Shown: positions 28,922-38,123 of the stretch, piece by piece
Numbering within the stretch: the first letter of the stretch is position 1
Layout of the letters: every line of letters begins with the position of its first letter
Source of the DNA: Candidatus Latescibacterota bacterium
GTDB taxonomy: Bacteria > Latescibacterota > UBA2968 > UBA8231
Reading direction: 5' to 3'
Assembly: GCA_965197905.1 (NCBI GenBank)
Contig: CBDAOB010000004.1
Span: forward strand, 1,408,001-1,472,000
DNA: 64,000 nucleotides
Position numbers and translations under genes: made by a program
Notes under the pieces: model-generated
Database searches by the model: none
Told to the model about the DNA's origin: nothing
Seen by the model: only the letters and a program-made list of their open reading frames with translations

Positions 28922-29746
28922 TCACCTCGAATCTGCTTCGAGAACGCGATGTTCCTTCAGCCAGTCTGCCAGCGGGAGATTCTTAGCCCACGTGCCCTCG
29001 GGATTAAACAGCGCCCTGCGAACCGGATCGCACCGATCGAGCAGATGATCGACGGTCATCGACCCGCGAGGTCGCAGCCAACGATAGCTGTAGCCGCAGA
29101 ACAGTACCTTCCGTGTCAGCTGGGACCGATTGGGGCTGGCGGCATGCCAGAGTCTGCGGTCGAAAATGACCGCCGAACCAGCCGGCAATTGGAGCTCCCG
29201 GGCAACGTGCCGCTCTTCGCTCAAATCGTCGATGGAAAGGTCGTTGGTCAGATGACTGCCGGGAAGAACCATGAAGTTCGCGGACCCGGACTCGGTGGTA
29301 TCGGTCAGAAAAAATGCCACCTTGAGCGAAAGACGCGGCCGCGGGACAGTCTCCAGATCGGGATTGATTTCGGCACTGTCCTGATGCCAGTTCAAAGCCG
29401 CTTCCAACTCCGGATCGCCAGCCGGCAACGGCGGAGTCACGGTCATCGCCGTGTAGTAGAGCTGGACGTTCCAACCCAGAAGGTCCCACACCTTGGGGAA
29501 GGTGCGCGGCCAATCCACCAACTCGAGGAAAATCTCATCCTTGCCGACAAAATCCAGCTGTTGGACCCGGTCGTGGGGATTGGAACCCGCTTCGTCGCGG
29601 TGCGCAGCATCGACCCGGTCGACGGCCGCTTCCAAACGCTCCGCGAGCGACGGCGGCACGGCCTCGGGCAATACGAGAAAGCCATCCGCCTCGAATCGAC
29701 GAACTTCCTCCGCTGTAGCACGATGATTGAGAGACTCGAGGTCCAT
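28922..29746 (-). CDS. Phytanoyl-CoA dioxygenase (PhyH) family Fe(II)/2OG oxygenase
   Basis: FEADGFLVLP, WHQD, LPGSH, AGSAVIFDRRLWH..N.S..R. Confidence 0.9.
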   Translation of the reverse strand: MDLESLNHRATAEEVRRFEADGFLVLPEAVPPSLAERLEAAVDRVDAAHRDEAGSNPHDRVQQLDFVGKDEIFLELVDWPRTFPKVWDLLGWNVQLYYTAMTVTPPLPAGDPELEAALNWHQDSAEINPDLETVPRPRLSLKVAFFLTDTTESGSANFMVLPGSHLTNDLSIDDLSEERHVARELQLPAGSAVIFDRRLWHAASPNRSQLTRKVLFCGYSYRWLRPRGSMTVDHLLDRCDPVRRALFNPEGTWAKNLPLADWLKEHRVLEADSR

Positions 29747-29749
29747 TAC

Positions 29750-31198
29750 CTAACCCGCCGTCAATCCTGCATATACCTCGCGTCCACGGCGAAAAAGCTC
29801 GCTTACGTTCTGGCGCTGTTCGTCATTGTTGTACCTGCCAACGGAATCGATCCACGCGATGGATTCGTCAATGGAACCGAGGAAGAAGCGTGCCGCTTCG
29901 GCGCGCTCGCTCGCAACCTTGCCCCCTCGCATATAGATCGGGCTCGAGTGGGCGTAGAGGGCATGGCCGAAGCTGTCTCGCGCGCGCCCCCACAACCGAG
30001 CCGCTACCCACCCATCGCTCTCTTGGTCGAACTGGTGCCGCAACTGTCCTTCCCGTTGTCCCACTTCCCACTCCCAACCCTCAACGACGGTGCCGTTCAC
30101 CACTAATTCGACCCGCTCCACCGGATAGTGGGAGCGGAAACCAGCTTCTATCTCCACGGTTTTCGTGCCGCTCAAATCGACGGTATCTCCCATGGCAGCA
30201 CCGTTGGCGCTGAGCTCGATCGCCGGTCCGTTGGTGATGAAGGTCCGACCGGCCTTCATGCCCGCGATCCAGTTGGCGTAGGAGAATTGCTCTTTGCTCT
30301 CCACGTAAACCCGGTTGTTGGAGCAGACGAACCAATCGGTGCCGGTGGAGGCGGGCAGCTTGAAACCACAGTTCAGGAGCTTGTACCACAGGTCGTATTC
30401 GGGGTCCATCCAGAACGGATCGAACAGATTGAACGCATCCAGCTTGCCCAGAGCCGCCGCCACCGGCGCTTCCATTCCGCGTCCGTTGTGACACCAAATC
30501 ACAATACCTCCCTGATCGCGGGCCTCGTCGCAGCAGAAGCAGAGCGGTGGATAATCCGGGTCGAACTGCGCCGCCAGTATGTGTCCCCTCGAGACCGGCT
30601 GCACCAAGTTGCGGATGTTGAGGAACATGACATGCCCGTAGCCCATGGTCCACGGAGATTTTTCGCCGTAGTGACGATTCTCCTCACCGATGTCGAGCAC
30701 GTGGTGGGCGGTGGTAAACTCGTTCATTACCCCGATCGGATATTTGTTGCTGGCGTACGGCAGCTGACGTCGGTCGAGCACGCTTACGACGGTCACATTG
30801 TACCCCTCGACGCTGCAGTCCACCGCCAGGCGATCATCCGGGCGGGTTTCGTGTTCGTTGTAGTGGATATGGGTGTTCCCTGGGTACCAGTTCTTCTCCT
30901 GCGGAAAATACCAGCGCTTCAGCGGGATCTCCACGTCGACGATACCGTTGGCCGGGACCTCGACCACGAGCCGTTGAGGTTCGTATTCGGTGCCCCGCTC
31001 CACCAAAACGTCTGCCCTGCCGCGGTCCGCCTTGACCTCGAACTCTCCCGAGGAAAAGAAAAACGAGGTGCCCGGACCCTCTTTTAGAAGCGCTTCTTGC
31101 GGATGCGAAAAAACGCCTCTCGAGGTCAGGACGTGCACCTTGGCGTCGATCGGCTCGCCGGTCCCGGTGTCTACAATCGTTCCGTGAATCCTACCCAT
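29750..31198 (-). CDS. CehA/McbA family metallohydrolase
   Basis: ERGTEY, WYPGNTHIH, WCH, WYKLLNCGF..ASTGTD, GRTFITNGP, AHSSPIY. Confidence 0.85.
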   Translation of the reverse strand: MGRIHGTIVDTGTGEPIDAKVHVLTSRGVFSHPQEALLKEGPGTSFFFSSGEFEVKADRGRADVLVERGTEYEPQRLVVEVPANGIVDVEIPLKRWYFPQEKNWYPGNTHIHYNEHETRPDDRLAVDCSVEGYNVTVVSVLDRRQLPYASNKYPIGVMNEFTTAHHVLDIGEENRHYGEKSPWTMGYGHVMFLNIRNLVQPVSRGHILAAQFDPDYPPLCFCCDEARDQGGIVIWCHNGRGMEAPVAAALGKLDAFNLFDPFWMDPEYDLWYKLLNCGFKLPASTGTDWFVCSNNRVYVESKEQFSYANWIAGMKAGRTFITNGPAIELSANGAAMGDTVDLSGTKTVEIEAGFRSHYPVERVELVVNGTVVEGWEWEVGQREGQLRHQFDQESDGWVAARLWGRARDSFGHALYAHSSPIYMRGGKVASERAEAARFFLGSIDESIAWIDSVGRYNNDEQRQNVSELFRRGREVYAGLTAG

Positions 31199-31380
31199 GT
31201 GTCCTCGCTCTCGTAGTGTCCCGCCAAGGGACGTTGACGATGGACGAATGGCCCGCTGATTCTAGTGCGAATCGTGATCTTGCGACCCGGTGCATACGGT
31301 GGCGGATATTCACCTTTGGGGCAAGTGCGATGGCAGCTGTTTGTCCACGCGGATCGCCGACGCTATTTTCCCTTGTTGTT

Positions 31381-31833
31381 ATGGAAGGAATCCCAGGGGC
31401 CAATTCGGGGTTGGTTCGTTTGCGCCTATTCTCGGATCCCGCCTGCCCGCTGTGCCGCCAGTTTCGAAAGTGGATCGATCACCTCGATCGCGAGGGTCTG
31501 ATAGAGATCGTGGCTCTTGATGATCCGCGGCTCCCTGAGCGTTTCCCCCAACTCGACCTAGAAAGAGCGAAAGAATTCTTGACGGTTTGCGACCGCCTCG
31601 GGCGCATGCACGAAGGGGTTGAAGCGATGCGGCAGCTTACCCGTCATTTGCCGGGGCTCAGGCGACTTCAATGGGTCTACCGCCTTCCCGGCGTCACACC
31701 CACCTTGCGCGGCGTCTACCGCACGGCCCATCGCCACCGCAAGAAACTCTGTCTCAGTTGCGGGGAGAAGTGGATGCCCTCTCTCAAGTACAGCCGTCGC
31801 AAGAAGAATTCCCGCAGCCGGCGATCTCGCTGA
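31381..31833 (+). CDS. DCC1-like thiol-disulfide oxidoreductase (DUF393)
   Basis: FSDPACPLC (DxxCxxC) motif; start uncertain. Confidence 0.7.
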   Translation: MEGIPGANSGLVRLRLFSDPACPLCRQFRKWIDHLDREGLIEIVALDDPRLPERFPQLDLERAKEFLTVCDRLGRMHEGVEAMRQLTRHLPGLRRLQWVYRLPGVTPTLRGVYRTAHRHRKKLCLSCGEKWMPSLKYSRRKKNSRSRRSR

Positions 31834-31934
31834 CTCTTCGCGGCGCAGCACCACAGTCACCAGCAGACGATCTTGATCGCAGATACCTTACCGGCTAGAT
31901 TCCCCGGTCCGAATTGCGACCTAGACATCAGGCA

Positions 31935-32447
31935 ATGATCAATATAGAAATCAAAGCGCGGTGCACCGACCGCGAGCGGGCGGAAGAGAGTTTGACTGCG
32001 CTGGGCGCGGGCCCTGCGGGCATGTTCGATCAGAAAGACACCTATTTCAACGTGCAGGAAGGCCGCCTCAAGCTGCGGCTCATCGGACCCGACGACGGCC
32101 ACCTCATCTTCTACCGCCGAGAAGACATCTCCGGACCGAAGCGCAGCGATTACGAGATCGCCTTTACGACCGACCCGGAAGCCCTGGGTCTCATGTTACG
32201 CCAGGTGCTGGGATCGTGGATCGAGGTCGAAAAAAGACGAGAGGTCTGGCTGTGGGAGAACGTCCGCATCCACCTGGACGAGATAAGGGACCTGGGTACC
32301 TTCGTTGAGCTGGAGGCGGTCACCGACGAGAAAGGGGTTCAGGAGAGCCATCAACGGGTCGAAACCCTCATGCGCGCCCTGGAGATCCTGCCAGATCATC
32401 TCATCGCCTGTTCCTACGGCGACCTGCTCGCCCAAAAGCGGGGTTAG
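31935..32447 (+). CDS. CYTH domain protein / class IV adenylate cyclase-like
   Basis: NIEIKAR, QKDTYF, RLKLR, VEKRR, LGTFVELE, SYGDLL. Confidence 0.9.
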   Translation: MINIEIKARCTDRERAEESLTALGAGPAGMFDQKDTYFNVQEGRLKLRLIGPDDGHLIFYRREDISGPKRSDYEIAFTTDPEALGLMLRQVLGSWIEVEKRREVWLWENVRIHLDEIRDLGTFVELEAVTDEKGVQESHQRVETLMRALEILPDHLIACSYGDLLAQKRG

Positions 32448-32535
32448 CTCACCTCGGGTCCAGGCGTCTAAGCCCTCTTTTCTTGCCGCAACGTAACTTG
32501 CTTGAGCGTGTGATTTACGCTTATATTGATGCATC

Positions 32536-32934
32536 ATGGCCACAGACGACGAACAAATCAAAGGCGTTCTCGTTCAAATCTTTGGGGACGAATATCAGAT
32601 AGCCAGCGATGGCGACGACGTAGCCGATATTCAACGGGTTGCGTCATACGTCGACCAGAAGATGCGGGAATTGGCTGGGAAACAAGGGGGGTCCGTTTCC
32701 AAGGGTCGTCTCGCTGTCTGGACGGCCATGGAGATCGCCGCCGAATTGTTCAGCACTGCCCAAGAGAGGAACATGCTCACCGCAAAGGCGCACGAAAATC
32801 TCGACCGCCTCACGAAGCTGGTCGAAGAACGCGCCGACATCTCCTCAGGGTTGGGAAAGCGGGAGACCGTGCCCGACGAGCAGCTGTTGCGCTCGCCAAG
32901 GATTCGCCAGCGAGATCCGTCCCGCGTAGGATGA
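32536..32934 (+). CDS. zapA: Cell division protein ZapA
   Basis: VQIFGDEYQI, VASYVDQKMREL, LAVWTAMEIAAEL. Confidence 0.88.
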   Translation: MATDDEQIKGVLVQIFGDEYQIASDGDDVADIQRVASYVDQKMRELAGKQGGSVSKGRLAVWTAMEIAAELFSTAQERNMLTAKAHENLDRLTKLVEERADISSGLGKRETVPDEQLLRSPRIRQRDPSRVG

Positions 32935-33320
32935 AGAGCGTTGCCGGCCTCGCCGCGCTCATCCTGATTGCCCATTGCAGCTGCGCCACCACTCCTAAAT
33001 ATGACGAGAACGACTGCGCTCTCTTTACGGAGATCGATCCCGTCCGCGTAAATCCGGCCGGGGCCCTCGATCGACATCTACGGGTTGAGGCTGCCTTTAA
33101 GGTGTGTCCTCCCGGCACAGGTCTGGATGAGATCAAACGCAAGCGCATCGAACTCAAACACAACCTCGTCGCGCTGCTGAGCAGCACCTCCACGGTGCAG
33201 TTGGAAGATCCGCTCCGGGTCGAGAAACTGCGTCAGGCGATCAAGGAGATGTCGAACGAGAAGGTGATGAAGAAGGGCCGCGTAGTCGACGTGCTGATAA
33301 CCGCATTCGAGTTGGAGTAA
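32931..33320 (+). CDS. FliL-like protein with a lipoprotein-type signal
   Basis: MKSVAGLAALILIAHCSC; VNPAG..RHLRV...LLSS...L....EKLR..I...N....G.VVDVLIT.F matches the FliL C-terminal pattern. Confidence 0.7.
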   Translation: MKSVAGLAALILIAHCSCATTPKYDENDCALFTEIDPVRVNPAGALDRHLRVEAAFKVCPPGTGLDEIKRKRIELKHNLVALLSSTSTVQLEDPLRVEKLRQAIKEMSNEKVMKKGRVVDVLITAFELE

Positions 33321-33324
33321 TATC

Positions 33325-34704
33325 TCACCTGCCGTAGGCCGCGGCGTTCAAAAAGTCCTCCACCGCGTCACACAATGCCATCGCTTCAGCGGCGTTGGCA
33401 CTTTCCGCACATACCCTGATCACCGGTTCGGTGTTGGATGCCCGCAGATGAATCCACGGGCAGGACAGCGTACCGTTGAGATACAGTTTGGTTCCGTCCT
33501 CGACGGGATGCTCGTAGGCATCCGGATGGGTCTCTCGCAGCCACGAAATGGCCTGCTCCATGACACCTTCAGTGCAGCTCAACTTGCGTTTGCTCAGATA
33601 ATACCGCGGCAGCGCGCCGATCAGGAGCGATAACCCGGTACCTGCACGTGACAATGCTTCGAGGGTAAGCGCTATGCCCAAAGCGGCGTCGCGCCCCGGC
33701 ACGACATCGGTGATGATGACACCACCGTTTCCTTCGCCGCCGACAATGGCTTGCAGCTCTATCATCGCTTCCGTCACGTGCACTTCGCCCACCGCCGTGA
33801 GCACTACCGAACACCCTTGCGACTCGGCCACATCGCTGACAGTTTGGGAGGTCGACAACGTCGTTACTACGGGTCCCCGCCGCGGTGCCGTCACCGTCTG
33901 CACCGCCAGCGCCAGCGTGTAGTCCTCCCCCACCGGGTTCCCATGCTCGTCCACCAGTGCCACCCGGTCTCCATCGGGATCGACCGCGAATCCGGCCGCG
34001 GCCGCGTGAGCGCGTACCGCGTCGCCGAGAGCGCTCAAGTTCTCAGGCAACGGTTCCGGATCGCGGGCGAACTGTCCGTTGGGTTCGGCGTTGATCGAGT
34101 CGACTCTCACGCCTAGCTCGTCAAACAGATAAGGGACCAGAATGCTGCCCACGCCGTTGCAGTAGTCGATGGCGACTCTGAGCTCTGCACGGCGGATCCG
34201 TTCAACGTCCACCTGGTCAAGGATACGCTCGATGTGGGCACGATTGCACTCGCTTCGCGGGTACGAGCGCGATTCTCCGTTTTCCGCTTCGCGAAAATCT
34301 TCTGCGTCGAAGATCTGCTCTACTTGCTCCCCCTCCGTTGCGTTCAAAAACACACCGTCCCCGCGGACCATCTTGAGCCCGTTCCACTGACCGGGATTGT
34401 GGCTGGCAGTGACGATCAACGCGCCGTTGGCCCGCAGCTTACCCACCATCAACTTGGTGGTGGGCGTGGAGCAGATTCCCAGGTCCACCACAGCACAGCC
34501 GGTCTGTTGCAGCGCCGCCACGCAGACGGCTCCGAACTCTTCTCCCGACAGCCGTGTGTCGCGGGCGATAAGCACTGTACTTTGGGCGGGCATCCAGGTG
34601 CCGAAAGCGCTCGCAAAACGAGCCACGATCTCTGCAGTAAGCCCGGCTCCGACGATCCCGCGGATTCCGGAGATGCCGACGATAAGCGGTGTTTCGGACG
34701 TCAT
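33325..34704 (-). CDS. glmM: Phosphoglucosamine mutase / phosphomannomutase family
   Basis: SGIRG, VTASHNP (phosphoserine), DPDGDR, GEGNGG, RASNTEP. Confidence 0.75.
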   Translation of the reverse strand: MTSETPLIVGISGIRGIVGAGLTAEIVARFASAFGTWMPAQSTVLIARDTRLSGEEFGAVCVAALQQTGCAVVDLGICSTPTTKLMVGKLRANGALIVTASHNPGQWNGLKMVRGDGVFLNATEGEQVEQIFDAEDFREAENGESRSYPRSECNRAHIERILDQVDVERIRRAELRVAIDYCNGVGSILVPYLFDELGVRVDSINAEPNGQFARDPEPLPENLSALGDAVRAHAAAAGFAVDPDGDRVALVDEHGNPVGEDYTLALAVQTVTAPRRGPVVTTLSTSQTVSDVAESQGCSVVLTAVGEVHVTEAMIELQAIVGGEGNGGVIITDVVPGRDAALGIALTLEALSRAGTGLSLLIGALPRYYLSKRKLSCTEGVMEQAISWLRETHPDAYEHPVEDGTKLYLNGTLSCPWIHLRASNTEPVIRVCAESANAAEAMALCDAVEDFLNAAAYGR

Positions 34705-34707
34705 CTG

Positions 34708-35484
34708 TCAGCGATACTCCACTGTAACCGGATCCCCGACCTGGAGCCCTAGCTGGGAGGCGGCGCTGCCCTGGTTGACGGAGATCTCGAGTCGGTCGGA
34801 ACTGCCGAGCAGGGCCAAGACAACGCCGGGTTCCGCGTCACCATACGTGTGGCGCAGTCCCGTCACCGTGCAGCTTCCGACGCGAATCTCGAGCGGCCGC
34901 CTCACCTCTCTCAAGTTGGCCCGGGCAATATTTGTGATCAGGTTGCCAAAGCGATCGACCGAAATAATCTCCCCGCGGATCAGATTGCCCTCTTGCACCA
35001 GTGGCGCGATGTCCAGACGGGCGGGGTCGGCAATGGGGGGACCCACCTCTCGAGGTTCGATCCCCTGCGTCAGATGGGCGGCTATGGGAGCGAAGATATC
35101 CCGACCATGAAAGGTTGAGCTGACGGTACCGGGGATCAGCTCCGAAGCCGCAATCTCGAAGGCCTCGCACGTAGGGTCGGATAGTGCAAAGTGAAACAGA
35201 CCGTTGTCCGGCCCCACCCAAAACACCTCGCAGGCACGCAGGACCAGTCCGCGCCGCGGACCCCCGACCCCCGGATCCACCACCGCCAGATGCACAGTTC
35301 CGGGAGGAAACTCGCGGGCGGCATGCCAGAGCGTGAAGGCCCCAGCCTGGATGTCACACGTTGGAATCGCGTGGGTGAGATCGATGACGGCGGCCTGCGG
35401 ATTGATTGCCAGGATCGCGCCTTTCATGGCGCCCACGTAGTGGTCGCGGTAACCGAAGTCAGATGTCAGTGTTACCAGGGACAT
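34708..35484 (-). CDS. SAM hydroxide adenosyltransferase (DUF62; chlorinase/fluorinase superfamily)
   Basis: TSDFG, VVDPGVG, GPDNGL, STFHGRDIFAP, DRFGNLITN. Confidence 0.9.
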   Translation of the reverse strand: MSLVTLTSDFGYRDHYVGAMKGAILAINPQAAVIDLTHAIPTCDIQAGAFTLWHAAREFPPGTVHLAVVDPGVGGPRRGLVLRACEVFWVGPDNGLFHFALSDPTCEAFEIAASELIPGTVSSTFHGRDIFAPIAAHLTQGIEPREVGPPIADPARLDIAPLVQEGNLIRGEIISVDRFGNLITNIARANLREVRRPLEIRVGSCTVTGLRHTYGDAEPGVVLALLGSSDRLEISVNQGSAASQLGLQVGDPVTVEYR

Positions 35485-35495
35485 CAGCCGCTGCG

Positions 35496-36152
35496 TTACT
35501 GGGACGCAGTGGAACCGGATTCCGCATCGGCGGACTCCTCCCCGCCTCCTTCTTCTGCGGCACCCTCTCCTGTGACACCTCCCTGCTCGTCGCCACCTTC
35601 GCCCGCAGAGCCGTTTTGCCCGCTCTGGCCTTCTCCCTCCGAGCCGGTCTGACTCCCGCTCTCATTGGAACCTTCCGCTGCCGGCTGCTGACTGCCATTT
35701 TCTCCCTCGCCCGAGGAATCCGATGTTTCGCCTGTCGTGGTCAGCTCGAGATCGATCGACACCCTGGTGGTGTCACCGGCGGCAATCGTAATGTTTTGCT
35801 GCATCCCGCGGAACAACTCGTTGCCGTCCAGATCGTAGCCAACCAGGAACAAGACATACCCGCGGCCGGGCGGAATGGTGCCAATGGTTCCGGTCGCCGG
35901 TCCCAACGGTGAGATATGAAGCTCCTTGACCACCGAATCCATTTCCGTGCTCACGAGAATAGCTTCCACCCGATGAACCACGCTCAGGAGTATCTTCGAC
36001 AGCGGAATGGTGAGAGTTATGCTGGAACTCGACGACGCGGCGCCTGCGGTTGGATCAACGGGGTTGTCGCGTTCCAGATCGCTGCAGCGAAAGAAGACAA
36101 TCCACGTAAACAGAGCTAGAACACCAGCTGTTTTCCAGGTCAATCCTATCAT
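35496..36152 (-). CDS. Hypothetical exported/lipoprotein with an acidic Gly/Ser/Glu-rich tail
   Basis: Hydrophobic N-terminus, then FRCSDLERDNPVDP; ~80-aa low-complexity C-terminus. Confidence 0.65.
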   Translation of the reverse strand: MIGLTWKTAGVLALFTWIVFFRCSDLERDNPVDPTAGAASSSSSITLTIPLSKILLSVVHRVEAILVSTEMDSVVKELHISPLGPATGTIGTIPPGRGYVLFLVGYDLDGNELFRGMQQNITIAAGDTTRVSIDLELTTTGETSDSSGEGENGSQQPAAEGSNESGSQTGSEGEGQSGQNGSAGEGGDEQGGVTGEGAAEEGGGEESADAESGSTASQ

Positions 36153-36231
36153 CCGCGGGTCAAATCCGTTTTCGGTATGGAGTCCTGTTGCAAATGTAAT
36201 GGTAATCGCCACGCTCAACCACCAGGGTTGC

Positions 36232-36260
36232 TTGACTTCCGGAATGGGCACCAGTAACCT
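36232..36260 (+). promoter_or_regulatory. Sigma70-type promoter TTGACT-17-TAACCT, probably giving a leaderless mRNA
   Basis: GTG at 36267 lies 6 nt after the -10 box; no SD. Confidence 0.5.
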
Positions 36261-36263
36261 TCG

Positions 36264-37508
36264 GTGGTGTCTGCTTTCCTGCTTCTCCTCGCGCTCTCCA
36301 GCTTCCTATCCTGTTCCCGCTTCGATCCCACCAAGAAGACGTCCGCTGCCGAACCGCCGGCCCTCCAGGCTCGTTTCGAAAGTGAGTGTGCCTGCGCCCG
36401 TCTGTCATGGATTCGATCTCGAGATCCGGAGTTTCGCGCCTATCAAGTTCAGCAGTATGTAGAAGATGAATGGACAACCTTCGAATCTGCGGAATCGATC
36501 GACGACACCACCCTTCGCGCCTTCGGACTCGAGGCGAATCGTCCGTACCAGTACCGCGTTCTGACGCAAACCGAGAAGAAGAACATCCCCACCAACCCTG
36601 TGCGAGGGCGGATCCATGGTTTCGCCAATACGTGGCCGGCAGCCCCCCCCAGCGTCAACTTTCTGCCCACTCGGCTCGCAGTCGACGACGAGGGCGTCGT
36701 CTTGGTGGTGGGTGCGGGGACGGGGATGGTGCTACGGTTCGACCGGGCAGGCAACCCCCTGAACTCCCTGCGGTTTGCAGATGCGCGGCTGGCGTGCCTG
36801 GGTTTGGGCGCTCTGGATGGACCCGGTTTGGCGCTGGACTCGAAGCAGAATGTCTACGTCGTCTACAACGTGCTGAAGAAAGGCACTACCCCTGAAGCCT
36901 TTTGGGCAAAGTTCGACGCGGCAGGGTCGCAGGTCTGGAACCGCCCGCTCGAAGGGCTGTTTGCGCGCCATGTCGCCATTGACGAGAGCGATCACATCTT
37001 CATCGAGAGCCTCGGTCAAATCCGTCGTTATGATGAAAGTGGGAAGCTTCTGTTTCAGGGGTTGCTTCCGCCGCTGATGGTCTCTCGAATGCAACTTTGG
37101 GATGGGAAGTTTGCCGTCCTCGTTCATTCCTTTGAAGGAAACTCTCAGATGAAGTTGCAGCTGTACGAGGATCCGGTTAGATCGCCCGCGAAAAGCACGT
37201 TGACTCATGAGCTTCCCGTTCCTGTGGCTGCTGATTTTTCCATGGAGCATGCGCATTCTCGCATCTTCGTAGTGAATTCGCGCGCCGATCGCATCGAGGT
37301 TTTTCGCGACGGACAAACTCACACCTGGTGGGGATCCAGCGGCAAAGGCGAGTTCGCGTTCTCTGGCAAGGCCGCCGTTATAGATAATCTTGAGTCGGGC
37401 AGGCTGCTAGAAAGAGAGGTTGTCGCCGGTGGCATCGCGCGCGACGCATCCGGTTCGGTGTACGTCGCCGACACCTTCAACAACCGCATTCAGAAGTTCT
37501 GGCCATGA
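36264..37508 (+). CDS. Lipoprotein with an FN3-like domain and NHL-type beta-propeller repeats
   Basis: Lipobox FLSC; GLEANRPYQYRV (FN3); GIARDASGSVYVADTFNNRIQKF (NHL). Confidence 0.8.
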   Translation: MVSAFLLLLALSSFLSCSRFDPTKKTSAAEPPALQARFESECACARLSWIRSRDPEFRAYQVQQYVEDEWTTFESAESIDDTTLRAFGLEANRPYQYRVLTQTEKKNIPTNPVRGRIHGFANTWPAAPPSVNFLPTRLAVDDEGVVLVVGAGTGMVLRFDRAGNPLNSLRFADARLACLGLGALDGPGLALDSKQNVYVVYNVLKKGTTPEAFWAKFDAAGSQVWNRPLEGLFARHVAIDESDHIFIESLGQIRRYDESGKLLFQGLLPPLMVSRMQLWDGKFAVLVHSFEGNSQMKLQLYEDPVRSPAKSTLTHELPVPVAADFSMEHAHSRIFVVNSRADRIEVFRDGQTHTWWGSSGKGEFAFSGKAAVIDNLESGRLLEREVVAGGIARDASGSVYVADTFNNRIQKFWP

Positions 37509-37532
37509 TCCGCTTGTGTCTCCGCTCGGTCG

Positions 37533-37561
37533 TTGACATTGGCAAGTACTATTCGTAAAAT
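37533..37561 (+). promoter_or_regulatory. Strong sigma70 promoter TTGACA-17-TAAAAT for infA
   Basis: Near-consensus boxes with 17-bp spacing. Confidence 0.75.
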
Positions 37562-37650
37562 ATTGAACGTGCAATAGCGTTTGTAAGGCAGGTTTTCGGA
37601 TTTTGTGGAGCATGTATGGGTCGCTGAGAACAGTCCTTTCGTAGCACTGT

Positions 37651-37698
37651 AGAGCGAGTGAGAATCAAGGGCTGTTTTGAGTGACTCACTCGCTTTTT
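37651..37698 (+). terminator. Terminator/attenuator hairpin inside the infA 5' leader
   Basis: AGAGCGAGTGAG...CTCACTCGCTTT followed by TTATTTT. Confidence 0.6.
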
Positions 37699-37749
37699 AT
37701 TTTCCGCCGAACGACCGAGACTTGCCAGAACCCTTCGAATTGGAGAGAA

Positions 37750-37968
37750 ATGGCGAAGGAAGAATCGATCGAGGTTCAGGGCGTGGTCAAGGAGGCGTTG
37801 CCCAATGCCTACTTCAAAGTCGAAATGGAGAATGGTCACGAAATCCTGGCACACTTGTCCGGCAAGATGCGCAAGTACTACATTCGCGTGCTGCCGGGCG
37901 ATCAAGTGACCGTAGCCCTGTCTCCGTACGATCTGAGCCGTGGACGAATTACGTTTCGCAATCGTTAG
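37750..37968 (+). CDS. infA: Translation initiation factor IF-1
   Basis: [18 protein letters not shown]...[16 protein letters not shown]...[13 protein letters not shown], 72 aa. Confidence 0.97.
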   Translation: MAKEESIEVQGVVKEALPNAYFKVEMENGHEILAHLSGKMRKYYIRVLPGDQVTVALSPYDLSRGRITFRNR

Positions 37969-38123
37969 TTTTTCTGCGGTTCGATTCGTCTGACGCAGAT
38001 TAACGCCTCTTTTCTGTCCCCTGCTTTAGCTCGAAGCTCCCAGCGTTCGGGCGCTGAGGCATGGCGGCCCACCGCGAAGTACCCTTCACATCGCCCAAAG
38101 GCTCCCGATACCGAGTAGCGACG

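Noticed and set aside
28904..30106. 400-aa plus-strand ORF and many similar long alternative ORFs
   Set aside because: Antisense or out-of-frame shadows of well-supported genes, expected at high GC; no recognisable motifs.
32935..33324. 6S RNA downstream of zapA
   Set aside because: The region is fully occupied by the overlapping FliL-like ORF.
34708..35484. Possible fluorinase or chlorinase
   Set aside because: It carries TFHGRD, with the His of DUF62 SAM hydroxide adenosyltransferases rather than the Tyr-containing halogenase motifs, and sits in a housekeeping context.
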